Of a stretch of DNA of 32,000 bases, positions 19,417 through 27,783 are shown piece after piece; within the stretch, counting starts at the first letter, position 1, and the number at the start of each line of letters is the position of its first letter. The notes beneath the pieces were generated by a model. That model worked only from the letters and a program-made list of their open reading frames with translations, was not told the origin of the DNA and ran no database searches. Origin of the DNA: Caedibacter taeniospiralis (GTDB taxonomy: Bacteria > Pseudomonadota > Gammaproteobacteria > Francisellales > Francisellaceae); the NCBI RefSeq assembly GCF_002803295.2, contig NZ_PGGB02000013.1, positions 1 to 32,000 of the forward strand, given 5' to 3'. Position numbers and translations under genes: made by a program.

Positions 19417-19746
19417 CTATTGGTCAGTATTGCTCGCACCGCAAGAACCGTCACTATCTTTCATGTTTGAGCCGCAAGCACCATCACTGTCTTTCATGTT
19501 GGCGCCACAAGATCTGTCTGCTTTATTACCCATTGAATCAGCACTTGCCCCATCCATGTTTTTCTGTTGCGTGCCCATTTTGTTTGCGCCGCATTTTCCA
19601 GCACCACATTGACCATCTGCTTTTTGCATGAATTGTCCTGAGCCCATTTGCGTAGCCTGCATAGTATTGGAGTCAGCATAACTTGCGCTCATTGCAAGAC
19701 TCAAAGCTAACCCTGTTCCCATAGCGATTAATGATTTTTTATCCAT
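19417..19746 (-). CDS. bufA: Bufferin/HvfA-like secreted Cys-rich low-complexity RiPP precursor
   Basis: From ATG 19746 (AAGGAG upstream): MDKKSLIAMGTGLALSLAMSASYADS signal peptide, then DGQCGAGKCGANK... RSCGANMKDSDGACGSNMKDSDGSCGASNTDQ; 5 Cys, each in a CG pair; immediately upstream of the MNIO gene. Confidence 0.85.
   Translation of the reverse strand: MDKKSLIAMGTGLALSLAMSASYADSNTMQATQMGSGQFMQKADGQCGAGKCGANKMGTQQKNMDGASADSMGNKADRSCGANMKDSDGACGSNMKDSDGSCGASNTDQ
19441..19509 (-). repeat. 33-bp periodic tandem repeat (11 aa) in the precursor gene
   Basis: Cys codons at 19507-19509, 19474-19476 and 19441-19443 exactly 33 bp apart; repeated peptide CG(A/S)NMKDSDG(A/S). Confidence 0.9.
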
Positions 19747-19770
19747 TTTATTTTCTCCTTTAATTACAGT

Positions 19771-19798
19771 TATGTAAAGAATCACACCAATGATGCAA
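19771..19798 (-). promoter_or_regulatory. Candidate promoter for the bufferin-like operon
   Basis: Minus strand TTGCAT, 16-nt spacer, TACATA, about 25 nt upstream of the precursor ATG. Confidence 0.4.
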
Positions 19799-20247
19799 GT
19801 GAAGGCGCACGCTTAGAGTGATCATTCCGAGCATTAGGCTATTATGATATTTTTTGATTTGCAATGGAAATACAAATTTATTTCAAGGTGATTGGTGAAC
19901 TATGGGATAAAGATGAAAGGACGAGGCGAAACTTTATAGTGCCACCCATAACTGCCGCTGCTTACATGGCTCTTGAACCCTCAAGAACCAAGTGGGTGCG
20001 CTCGCTGTTTCTTGGGCTTCTCAGTCATGCTGAGCATGCACGCCAAAACAAGTACTACGCTCCCGATATTTATACATCGGCTCAAGAATGTAAAGACTGG
20101 CTAACAGCACAGGCGACACTAAACTTCGACTTAGATCATAGAAGTATCCGTGCTTGAGTGCAAGCGATTTGTCGTAAAAAAAATTTAGATAAAAATAAAC
20201 GACAATGATACGATGGGCGCATGCTGATTTTAATGACTTAAATAATA

Positions 20248-20823
20248 ATGGAAACAATACAAAAATATAGCTTATCTGATTATCAGGAAATTACGTATGC
20301 CTTAAGAAAAATAAACGCGCTGTCAGAGGCTTCGGAAGCACATGCTTTACTTTGTGCCTTGTTCACAGGTGGAGCTGAGGTTCGCATTCAAGCATGGATG
20401 GACTCTCTCATGGCTGAGCCCATTGAAGAGGGTGATGTTGTTGCAGAAGCTGCATTAAAAGTACTAAGCAATATGTATCAAGCAACCAAGGCGCAGTTTT
20501 TAGCGCATGATATGCAGTTTGATTTGTTATTGCCAAGTGATGAAGAAAAGTTTTATGTGCGCATAGATGCGCTTGCAATGTGGTGCCAGGGCTTTTTGTC
20601 TGGACTTGGGTTAATGGAAATCAACTACACCAAAGGATCTGCTGAAGTCCAAGAGGCGATTACAGATTTAATTGATATGTCGCGCTTGCAGTATGATGGT
20701 GAGATTACAGGGCAGGAAGAGGAAGAAAAAGCCTATACCGAACTTGTCGAATACACTAAAGTTGCGGTACTTCTTATCCACAGTGAGTTTGGGTTAAAGC
20801 GCTCATATGCAGAAAGCCAATGA
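20248..20823 (+). CDS. ygfB: UPF0149 / YgfB-family protein
   Basis: 191 aa; ALLCALFTGGAEVRIQAW, MWCQGFLSGLGL; directly upstream of ubiH. Confidence 0.85.
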   Translation: METIQKYSLSDYQEITYALRKINALSEASEAHALLCALFTGGAEVRIQAWMDSLMAEPIEEGDVVAEAALKVLSNMYQATKAQFLAHDMQFDLLLPSDEEKFYVRIDALAMWCQGFLSGLGLMEINYTKGSAEVQEAITDLIDMSRLQYDGEITGQEEEEKAYTELVEYTKVAVLLIHSEFGLKRSYAESQ

Positions 20824-20824
20824 A

Positions 20825-22054
20825 ATGAGTACGGATCATAAAGAGATTGTCATTATTGGTGGTGGCGCCGTTGGAATGCTTATGGCATTGGCGTTATCAA
20901 GCTTAGATAAAAAAATTACTTTAATTGAAAAACAATCAGTGTTGCAATCAGATAAAGTTGATAATCGTTCAATTGCACTTTCGTATACCTCAGTATGTGT
21001 GCTTAATGCCTTAGGTGTCTGGCAGAAAATTGAGCAGGATGTTGAACTAATCAAACAGGTACACGTATCGGATAAAAGGGGTTTCAGCCAAACTAATTTA
21101 TTCGCTAAGGACGAAGGTTTACCTTTTCTGGGTTGCGTTGTTAAACTAAGGCATTTAGTGCCAGTGCTTTTTGAATTACTGCAAAATCAGATGCAACTAG
21201 AGATATGGCAAGACACTGAGGTGGTTGATCTATGTGAACAAGGAGATGGTGAGTTTCAGTTATTGATAGCGAAAACGGGGCAAGAAACCAAAGTAAATGC
21301 CAGACTGATTGTTGCTGCGGATGGAGCTTGGTCGAAGCTTCGGACTAAAGCGGGCATTGCATCGACTGAATATGATTATCAGCAAAGCGCGTTGGTATTT
21401 GATATTCAGCTGCAAAAGTCACATCAGAATATCGCGTATGAGCGTTTTATTCATGACGGAGTTATGGCGATGTTGCCTGTGACCAAAAAGCAGATGGCGT
21501 GCGTTTGGAGTGTGGATCGTGAAAAAGTAGCGTACTGGCATCAGCAGAGTAAAAGCACTATTTTAAAGGAAGTTCAGCGCATTTTCTCCTATCGCTTGGG
21601 GCGTTTTGTAGATATCGGTGAGATCAGCAGTTTCCCACTATCCTTGATTCAAGCACAATCGCTTTTTTGTAAAAATTTACTGGTATTTGGTAATGCCTCT
21701 CATTTTTTGCATCCTATTTCTGGGCAAGGATTGAATTTGAGTATTCGTGATATTGGCATTTTGTATGATTTACTAAAGCAAGAGCACCATTTCTCGCATG
21801 AGAGCATTGAAAATATGCTGGCAGCATATCAGCGGCTAAGGCAATTTGATCACAAACGCACGGCGATGCTAACACACACTATGCTTCAGGTTTTTAATCA
21901 ATCCTCAATGCCGATAAAATTGTTCCGTGGTGTTCTGCTTCACTGTTTAGAACGTGATCAAATTTTTAAAAAGACATTTAGTAGACTGATGATGGGCAAA
22001 TATAATTATGGATCAACCTTGGCTCAGCAGGTGAATTTATGCAATATGAGGTGA
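20825..22054 (+). CDS. ubiH: 2-octaprenyl-6-methoxyphenol hydroxylase (FAD monooxygenase)
   Basis: IVIIGGGAVGMLMALALS, DNRSIALSYTSVCVLNALGVW, NASHFLHPISGQGLNLSIRD; track start 20807, ATG 20825 preferred. Confidence 0.9.
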   Translation: MSTDHKEIVIIGGGAVGMLMALALSSLDKKITLIEKQSVLQSDKVDNRSIALSYTSVCVLNALGVWQKIEQDVELIKQVHVSDKRGFSQTNLFAKDEGLPFLGCVVKLRHLVPVLFELLQNQMQLEIWQDTEVVDLCEQGDGEFQLLIAKTGQETKVNARLIVAADGAWSKLRTKAGIASTEYDYQQSALVFDIQLQKSHQNIAYERFIHDGVMAMLPVTKKQMACVWSVDREKVAYWHQQSKSTILKEVQRIFSYRLGRFVDIGEISSFPLSLIQAQSLFCKNLLVFGNASHFLHPISGQGLNLSIRDIGILYDLLKQEHHFSHESIENMLAAYQRLRQFDHKRTAMLTHTMLQVFNQSSMPIKLFRGVLLHCLERDQIFKKTFSRLMMGKYNYGSTLAQQVNLCNMR

Positions 22055-23211
22055 TTGTTGTTGGTGCTGGCATGGCGGGTCTTACGTGCGCGCTTGGCTT
22101 AGCGCAAAGTGGGTTTAAAGTGGCAATTATTGAGGCAAATAAAATAGCTAAAGATTTTGAAATCACTCAATCGATTAAGCGTGTCAGTGCCATCAATCAG
22201 GACTCGCAGCAATTGCTGCGAAAATTAAGTGTCTGGCAGGATATGATTGAGCTTAGAGCGAGTGATTACGTAGGCATGGAAGTATGGGATCAAAATTCAT
22301 CCGCCAAACTTGAGTTTAAGGCGCATGATTTTTCTTTGATGAGTTTAGGAACAATTATTGAGAATGATTTAATTGTCGCTAAGCTATATCAGCGTTTAAA
22401 GGCGATGGATGTCCATTTTTTTGAAGGAGTACATATTACTGAAGTTTCGCAATCTCACTATACAAACATGCTAAAGTTGGCAGATGATTTAATGCTTGAG
22501 TGTCAGTTAATCGTTGGGGCTGATGGGGCTCATTCTTTTATTCGTCAATTTTTTAGATTTAGTTGTAAACACATGCCCTACCAGCATCGTGCGATTGTTG
22601 CTAATATCAGGACACAAAAAAAACATGCTAATATTGCCTATCAGCGATTCTTACGTAATGGAGTATTGGCGTTTTTACCATTATCTCAGCCAGATGTGTG
22701 CTCAATCGTTTATTCGGTTAATACCCAACAGGCAGGCGATTTTTTGGCAATGAATGATGCTGCTTTTAGTGATCATATCAGCATTGCTTTAGAGGGTCGC
22801 TTAGGCGAGCTTAAGACCCAAAGTCCGAGAATGAGTTTTGAATTAATAGAGCGTCATACAGAGCGCTACTGTCAGGATGGCGTCGTGCTCATTGCCGATG
22901 CTGCACATACGATTCACCCATTGGCAGGGCAGGGCATTAATCTTGGTTTTGCTGATGTTAAAGCATTGATTGATGTCTTAAACGAGGCTAAGGCTCAAAA
23001 GCGCAATATTGCAGCGATGAGTACTCTGGCAAAATATGAGCGCAAACGTAGATTTGATAATCAATTGATGATTGAAATGATGCGCGGTTTAAAGCGGCTT
23101 TTTTGTAATGATAATCTTTTGCTTCGACCATTAAGGGAGCTCGGTATGAATCCGGTGAATAACAACAGGCTGTTAAAGCGCTTTTTTATTGAAAGAGCAG
23201 CAGGTTTATAG
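22039..23211 (+). CDS. ubiI: UbiH/UbiF/VisC-family FAD hydroxylase, probably UbiI
   Basis: VIVVGAGMAGLTCALGLAQSGFKVAIIEAN, VRTQKKHANIAYQRFLRNGVLAFLPL, DAAHTIHPLAGQGINLGFAD; overlaps ubiH by 16 bp. Confidence 0.85.
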   Translation: MQYEVIVVGAGMAGLTCALGLAQSGFKVAIIEANKIAKDFEITQSIKRVSAINQDSQQLLRKLSVWQDMIELRASDYVGMEVWDQNSSAKLEFKAHDFSLMSLGTIIENDLIVAKLYQRLKAMDVHFFEGVHITEVSQSHYTNMLKLADDLMLECQLIVGADGAHSFIRQFFRFSCKHMPYQHRAIVANIRTQKKHANIAYQRFLRNGVLAFLPLSQPDVCSIVYSVNTQQAGDFLAMNDAAFSDHISIALEGRLGELKTQSPRMSFELIERHTERYCQDGVVLIADAAHTIHPLAGQGINLGFADVKALIDVLNEAKAQKRNIAAMSTLAKYERKRRFDNQLMIEMMRGLKRLFCNDNLLLRPLRELGMNPVNNNRLLKRFFIERAAGL

Positions 23212-23292
23212 AGCAGCTGGTTTTGCCAATGATTCAACTACAGTAATCGTGTAACGTTTTAAAAATTAGAGTTAGTCCTGCAAAAAAATAGC

Positions 23293-24285
23293 TTATCCCA
23301 TTATGCTGTGATCGTTGCATTCTGATTCCCCAGTAACCTCTGCGGTATGCTTGTACAAGTAGGCTAATAATGCCTTTTCTTGCGTCGTAAAGTTGAGTGG
23401 TGCTTTGTTAAAACTTGACCTGGTATAGTAAGGCGTTACTTCTTTAATCCAGTGAGTCAGTTTCATATAGTGGTTTTGATCGTATGTATTAAGCTCAACG
23501 AGCTGACCGTTTTTAACTTCAAGAGAGAAGCTTATATTATTAAAAACAAAACGGCGACTAAAGGGCAAAGTTTTACCAAAACGCCATTGCCATGTGCGGA
23601 GAGTTTTTTGTTCTTTTACAATTAGGGGGTGGGATAGATTGTCTGGTAAATAGGTAATTTGCTGCTGAAATTGGTGTAGAAAGGCATTTTCAATAATGGC
23701 TATGGTTGTTTGTGTATTAATTTCACTGAGATTAATTACCTTTGAGCGATTGGATGGAACGCCTTTTGATGTAAGTGAATCATCTATCGTGTGGTGCAGG
23801 TAGTTATATAGCTTGCTTGTATCTGCATTAATCAGTAGCGTGCCATGGTGAAAGGATTTATCTCTGGTTTCACGGAAAGCGCTGCCTGAGATTTTGTAGT
23901 CAGTATTCTTATACGTAACCAGAATATCATTGTGTGGTGAGGCATGGGCATTAATGCCACAACACCTTAGGATATCAATGATTAGTGCCAAATTAGCCTG
24001 TTTATTATAATCCTCTGATTTTGCCATGATCGTATAGTTTAAATTACCCAGATCATGATAAACCGTGCCACCACCACTTTGACGGCGCACGATGGGGATA
24101 CGATCTTTATTTAAGGCATCGATATTACATTCACGCCATGGGTTTTGCGCGCGACCAATCACGACACAAGGGCTGTTTTGCCATAAATATAAAATAGGGG
24201 TGTCAGTCAGCATTTCACGAAATAGCCAGTTTTCAACAGCCAGGTTATAGAAAGGGTCACGACTTGTAGCGATATAGAGGTTCAT
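23293..24285 (-). CDS. lplA: Lipoate-protein ligase
   Basis: From ATG 24285: MNLYIATSRDPFYNLAVENWLFREM; LYLWQNSPCVVIGRAQNPWRECN; RRQSGGGTVYHDLGNLNYTI. Track ORF extends to 24426. Confidence 0.93.
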   Translation of the reverse strand: MNLYIATSRDPFYNLAVENWLFREMLTDTPILYLWQNSPCVVIGRAQNPWRECNIDALNKDRIPIVRRQSGGGTVYHDLGNLNYTIMAKSEDYNKQANLALIIDILRCCGINAHASPHNDILVTYKNTDYKISGSAFRETRDKSFHHGTLLINADTSKLYNYLHHTIDDSLTSKGVPSNRSKVINLSEINTQTTIAIIENAFLHQFQQQITYLPDNLSHPLIVKEQKTLRTWQWRFGKTLPFSRRFVFNNISFSLEVKNGQLVELNTYDQNHYMKLTHWIKEVTPYYTRSSFNKAPLNFTTQEKALLAYLYKHTAEVTGESECNDHSIMG

Positions 24286-24435
24286 TTGTTTAGGTATTTT
24301 GTATTTTGAGGGTGGTAATTTTAGAGAAAAGTGAGAACTAAAGCCAATGTAAATTGGTTTAAACAAATATTCATGAATCGGAAGCTTTCCATAAAAGGCA
24401 ACGTAAGGGTATTTTGGCGAAAGCACATTAAGACC

Positions 24436-24645
24436 TTTATTTCAATTGTTTAAGCTCGTCCACACTTAAGCCAGTTGCTTTTGAGATTTGCTCATCTGTA
24501 AGACCCAATTGTTTTAAATTCTTCGCCACCTCAAATTTTCCCTTGAGAATCCCTTTTTCAATTCCTGTCTCTATGCCTTCTGCCCTGGCAAGCTCCATGT
24601 TCTGGATGTAGGCAGAATGCTCATCTTCGATTTTCTCATCTGCTT
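24436..24645 (-). pseudogene. C-terminal remnant of an Rpn-family transposase/nuclease (PD-(D/E)XK)
   Basis: Minus strand reads ADEKIEDEHSAYIQNMELARAEGIETGIEKGILKGKFEVAKNLKQLGLTDEQISKATGLSVDELKQLK-stop; not in the ORF track. Confidence 0.65.
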
Positions 24646-24674
24646 ATTTTTAGACCTGCTGGGTAGTTACGTTT

Positions 24675-25856
24675 TTATAAACTCCCCTCAATCATCGCAT
24701 TTGCCGCCATTACCAAGGGTGAAATAACCTCAGTAGCTCCAAGTGATCTGGCTTTTTGGATATTGTTTTTCTGATTGATACGTATGGTGATTTTAGCTTG
24801 GTTTGATCCTGGGTTAGCTTGAAAAAACTCATTAATACTAAGCAAGGTCAGAATATTATCTGCATCTTTCTCAGATCCAATAATAATTGCATGTGCATCT
24901 TTAAGGCTTGCTTTATCCAGGATTTCGGGATCATTCGCATTGCCATGCAGTGTTACAGCCCTAAGTTCAGCGGTGTCAGCGTTTTCATTGTGCTCGCTGT
25001 CAATAATTAGAAATTTTTTACTTTGGTGTAGTAACTCACGAACAATAATGTGAGTCAGATCATTTAAGCCACAAATAATAATATGATCTTTCATATGTTT
25101 TTTCCCCTTGTTAAATGTTTGAAACAGGTTTTGCAAGCGATCAATAAACGCACTAACAATAAAAGTTAAAATGGCGGCAAAGGCGCCAAGACCAATAAAA
25201 ATCATCGATATTACAAATAAACGGGCTTCATTTGTAATCGGGGTGATATCGCCGTAACCCACGGTACTAAAAGTGACGACAGTAAAATAAATGGCATCAG
25301 ACCAATCCTTAATTCCATTGAATTGGTCACGCAATAAATAAGCTCCGATAACACCATATGAGAACGCAAAGATAAAAGACAGGATAACGATAAATTGTGG
25401 GTAACTGAGCTTTATGCTCTGTGAGTGGACATTAAAAACTTTCCAACTAACGGCAAGACCAAGTATTTCTATAAAGTAAAACCATGTCAAGAAACCTGAG
25501 CGTGAATAGACAAAAATATTAGTTAAAAATAAGGCGATAAGCATCAATAATGCCAGTATCCAGAAAAGTCGCAGGCGTCGGTATATACCTCGCCCAATGA
25601 GAAGCATTAAGTAACCAACAAGGCATGAGATGAGGGTATTAAACTCTTTAAATTCCTGTTCTACGATAATGTGATCCACAAACCGTACTCCCTCATCATG
25701 AATGGCAGCTTTGATAAAAGGAAAAACCCCAATTAAAATAGCAAAAATACCATTTAGAAACAGTAAGATGGCAAGGAACAAAGGAATGTTAAAACGTATG
25801 ATTTTCTTTTGGCAGAAAGTCAGCAATCTTTGCATAAGCGATCCTGGTTTGATCAA
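24675..25856 (-). CDS. Voltage-gated-type K+ channel with cytoplasmic TrkA-N (RCK) domain
   Basis: 393 aa; selectivity filter TTVGYGD; HIIICGLNDLTHIIVRELLHQSKKFLIIDSE; GNANDPEILDKASLKDAHAII. Confidence 0.88.
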   Translation of the reverse strand: MIKPGSLMQRLLTFCQKKIIRFNIPLFLAILLFLNGIFAILIGVFPFIKAAIHDEGVRFVDHIIVEQEFKEFNTLISCLVGYLMLLIGRGIYRRLRLFWILALLMLIALFLTNIFVYSRSGFLTWFYFIEILGLAVSWKVFNVHSQSIKLSYPQFIVILSFIFAFSYGVIGAYLLRDQFNGIKDWSDAIYFTVVTFSTVGYGDITPITNEARLFVISMIFIGLGAFAAILTFIVSAFIDRLQNLFQTFNKGKKHMKDHIIICGLNDLTHIIVRELLHQSKKFLIIDSEHNENADTAELRAVTLHGNANDPEILDKASLKDAHAIIIGSEKDADNILTLLSINEFFQANPGSNQAKITIRINQKNNIQKARSLGATEVISPLVMAANAMIEGSL

Positions 25857-25980
25857 AATAGGTGTTTAATTGCCTTTATACCTTAGATAACTCTACGCTG
25901 AAGTCAATAAAGATGTGTGTTTACGGTTTGTATTTCTTGCGGTGATCAGTGTTTTATCGTATGGCGGTAAAATACTATAA

Positions 25981-26109
25981 CCATCTTCCCGCCCATTTTA
26001 CTTTAAACACCCCGTCCGCACGCCTGACCACTTTGAAGTGGTCAGGCAAGTGTCCACCCCTCTTGGAAAGAGGGGAATTTAACGCAAGGGCGGGAAGACG
26101 GTCAGAGCC
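25981..26109. repeat. 129-bp palindromic element with inverted flanks and two internal hairpins
   Basis: Flanks CCATCTTCCCGCCC / GGGCGGGAAGACGG (13/14); internal GCCTGACCACTT-TG-AAGTGGTCAGGC (26022-26047) and CCCCTCTT-GGA-AAGAGGGG (26057-26075). Confidence 0.8.
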
Positions 26110-26186
26110 AAATAACAAAACCTTAAAATTCAACGTACAGGTTGATAGCGCATGCTTTTGGTTGAATAGCTGCTGCTGTATCCCTA

Positions 26187-27650
26187 TTAATTCAACTGAT
26201 GACCAAGTTTTGAAACAAACTGCTCACTAGTGACTATCAGGAAAAAGACGATGGCAAGCATAATGGTCGCAATAATTGAACTGGCTACTAACATTAAAAC
26301 CCATAAAAACAGGGTAAAGCTTAATGCAAACCAGTTAAATCCACCTTGCTTTAGCTGCAATACTGCATAAACTGCCATCATGATCGTGATGGCTAAGTTA
26401 TTTAGTAGAAAATCTTTTACAGGCAAAGTTGCCAATAGCAACGCTAAAACAACAAACACGAACAAGGTCATGAACTTGGTCGATATTTTTTTACTTCCTA
26501 AGACAGCAAGTGATAAGGGTGCTCCCATGTAGCCAAGGACGTTAAAAGCTGTGGTTATTACCATCAAAGATGCCCAGCTCGCTGAGTTTAGTAGAACAAT
26601 AATGCCAATAATAAAGTTCAACAGTAGTGAACGCTTGGATAAGTGGTGCACAGGGCACAGCTTAGCGATCCAACGCGGCATTTGTCCTTTTTCTGCCATG
26701 GCATACAGCATTCTTGAGCATGATCCTAAATAAGTTAAGCCAGTGATGGATGGGCTGACAATAGAATCTGCGATCAATAAAATGGTCAAAAAGTTTAAGC
26801 CTAAAAGCATGGTTAAATTGACTAAAGGACTTGAGAAATTAAGAGCTGCCCAGCCTTTTTCTGCCACTTCCTGTGGCATTGCCGTCATAAAAGTAAACTG
26901 TAGCAGCATATAGAGTGCTAAAGTTATGGCAATGGAAATAATAATCGCAAGCGGAATGTTGCGTGTTGGGTTTTTAATTTCACTGGCAAAGGACGCAACT
27001 ACTTGAAAGCCATTAAAAGCGTAGACAAGACCTGCGCCAATCAAGGCGGTTTGAATAGAGCTTGCGTTATAATGATTGACGGCAAGATCAAGGTTTGTAG
27101 CATCAAAGTGCGCTACTAATAAGACAATGATGGTTAAGGTTGGAATGCTGATCTTGAAAACTGTCGAGACGTTATTGACATAGGCAAGCAACTTGATACC
27201 AAAATAATTGACAATAAAGTAGATTCCTAAGATAACAATGGCGAAAATCTTACCAGACCAGGTCAAACTGTTCCCGTGATATAGGGTTGTAAATTTAACA
27301 AAAGGGCTTAGATATTGTACCGTTGCTTGTGCTTCAGTGGGAATCATTGCCAATAAACCAAACCAGATAGCAAAGGCAAACACCATGCCAAAATCTTTAC
27401 CATGACTTAAGGATACACATTTTGCATTGAGTCCACGTTCTGGGAAAAGTGCACATAACCTGGCAAAGCACAACCCCACGATGATTGCAATAAACGCAGC
27501 AAGGATCCAGGCAATAAATGCGTAGTTTCCCGCAAGTTGCGCATTTAACTGTGCACTAAAAAGCCATCCTGAACCAACCATTGAGGTGACGGGAATGGCA
27601 ATGGCTGAAAACAGCCCTATCTTGTGTCTTTGCATTGAATAATCTCCCAT
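26187..27650 (-). CDS. APC-superfamily amino acid permease
   Basis: 487 aa, about 12 TM; IGLFSAIAIPVTSMVGSGWLFSAQL, ALIGAGLVYAFNGFQVVASFASEIKNPTRNIPLA. Confidence 0.85.
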   Translation of the reverse strand: MGDYSMQRHKIGLFSAIAIPVTSMVGSGWLFSAQLNAQLAGNYAFIAWILAAFIAIIVGLCFARLCALFPERGLNAKCVSLSHGKDFGMVFAFAIWFGLLAMIPTEAQATVQYLSPFVKFTTLYHGNSLTWSGKIFAIVILGIYFIVNYFGIKLLAYVNNVSTVFKISIPTLTIIVLLVAHFDATNLDLAVNHYNASSIQTALIGAGLVYAFNGFQVVASFASEIKNPTRNIPLAIIISIAITLALYMLLQFTFMTAMPQEVAEKGWAALNFSSPLVNLTMLLGLNFLTILLIADSIVSPSITGLTYLGSCSRMLYAMAEKGQMPRWIAKLCPVHHLSKRSLLLNFIIGIIVLLNSASWASLMVITTAFNVLGYMGAPLSLAVLGSKKISTKFMTLFVFVVLALLLATLPVKDFLLNNLAITIMMAVYAVLQLKQGGFNWFALSFTLFLWVLMLVASSIIATIMLAIVFFLIVTSEQFVSKLGHQLN

Positions 27651-27783
27651 ATGAATTTCTTACTCAGACGCTCATATACTAATGACAAATAAGGAAATTT
27701 CACTATAAATTTTGGTGTTTTTTTACAAATATTCATGAGTGTATCTTAATTGTTCCTACCCATCTAGGTGGGCAGAAATTTAT

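Noticed and set aside
19441-19509. Possible CRISPR-like periodicity (33 bp)
   Set aside because: Periodicity is coding, in frame, with no variable spacers and no cas genes; no CRISPR array seen in the window
19430-19631. Plus-strand ORFs opposite the Cys-rich precursor (19430..19612, 19494..19679, 19263..19631)
   Set aside because: Antisense shadows produced by low-complexity repeats; the minus frame has signal peptide, RBS and operon context
25949-26230. 93-aa + ORF over the 129-bp palindromic element
   Set aside because: Mostly repeat-encoded, no family resemblance
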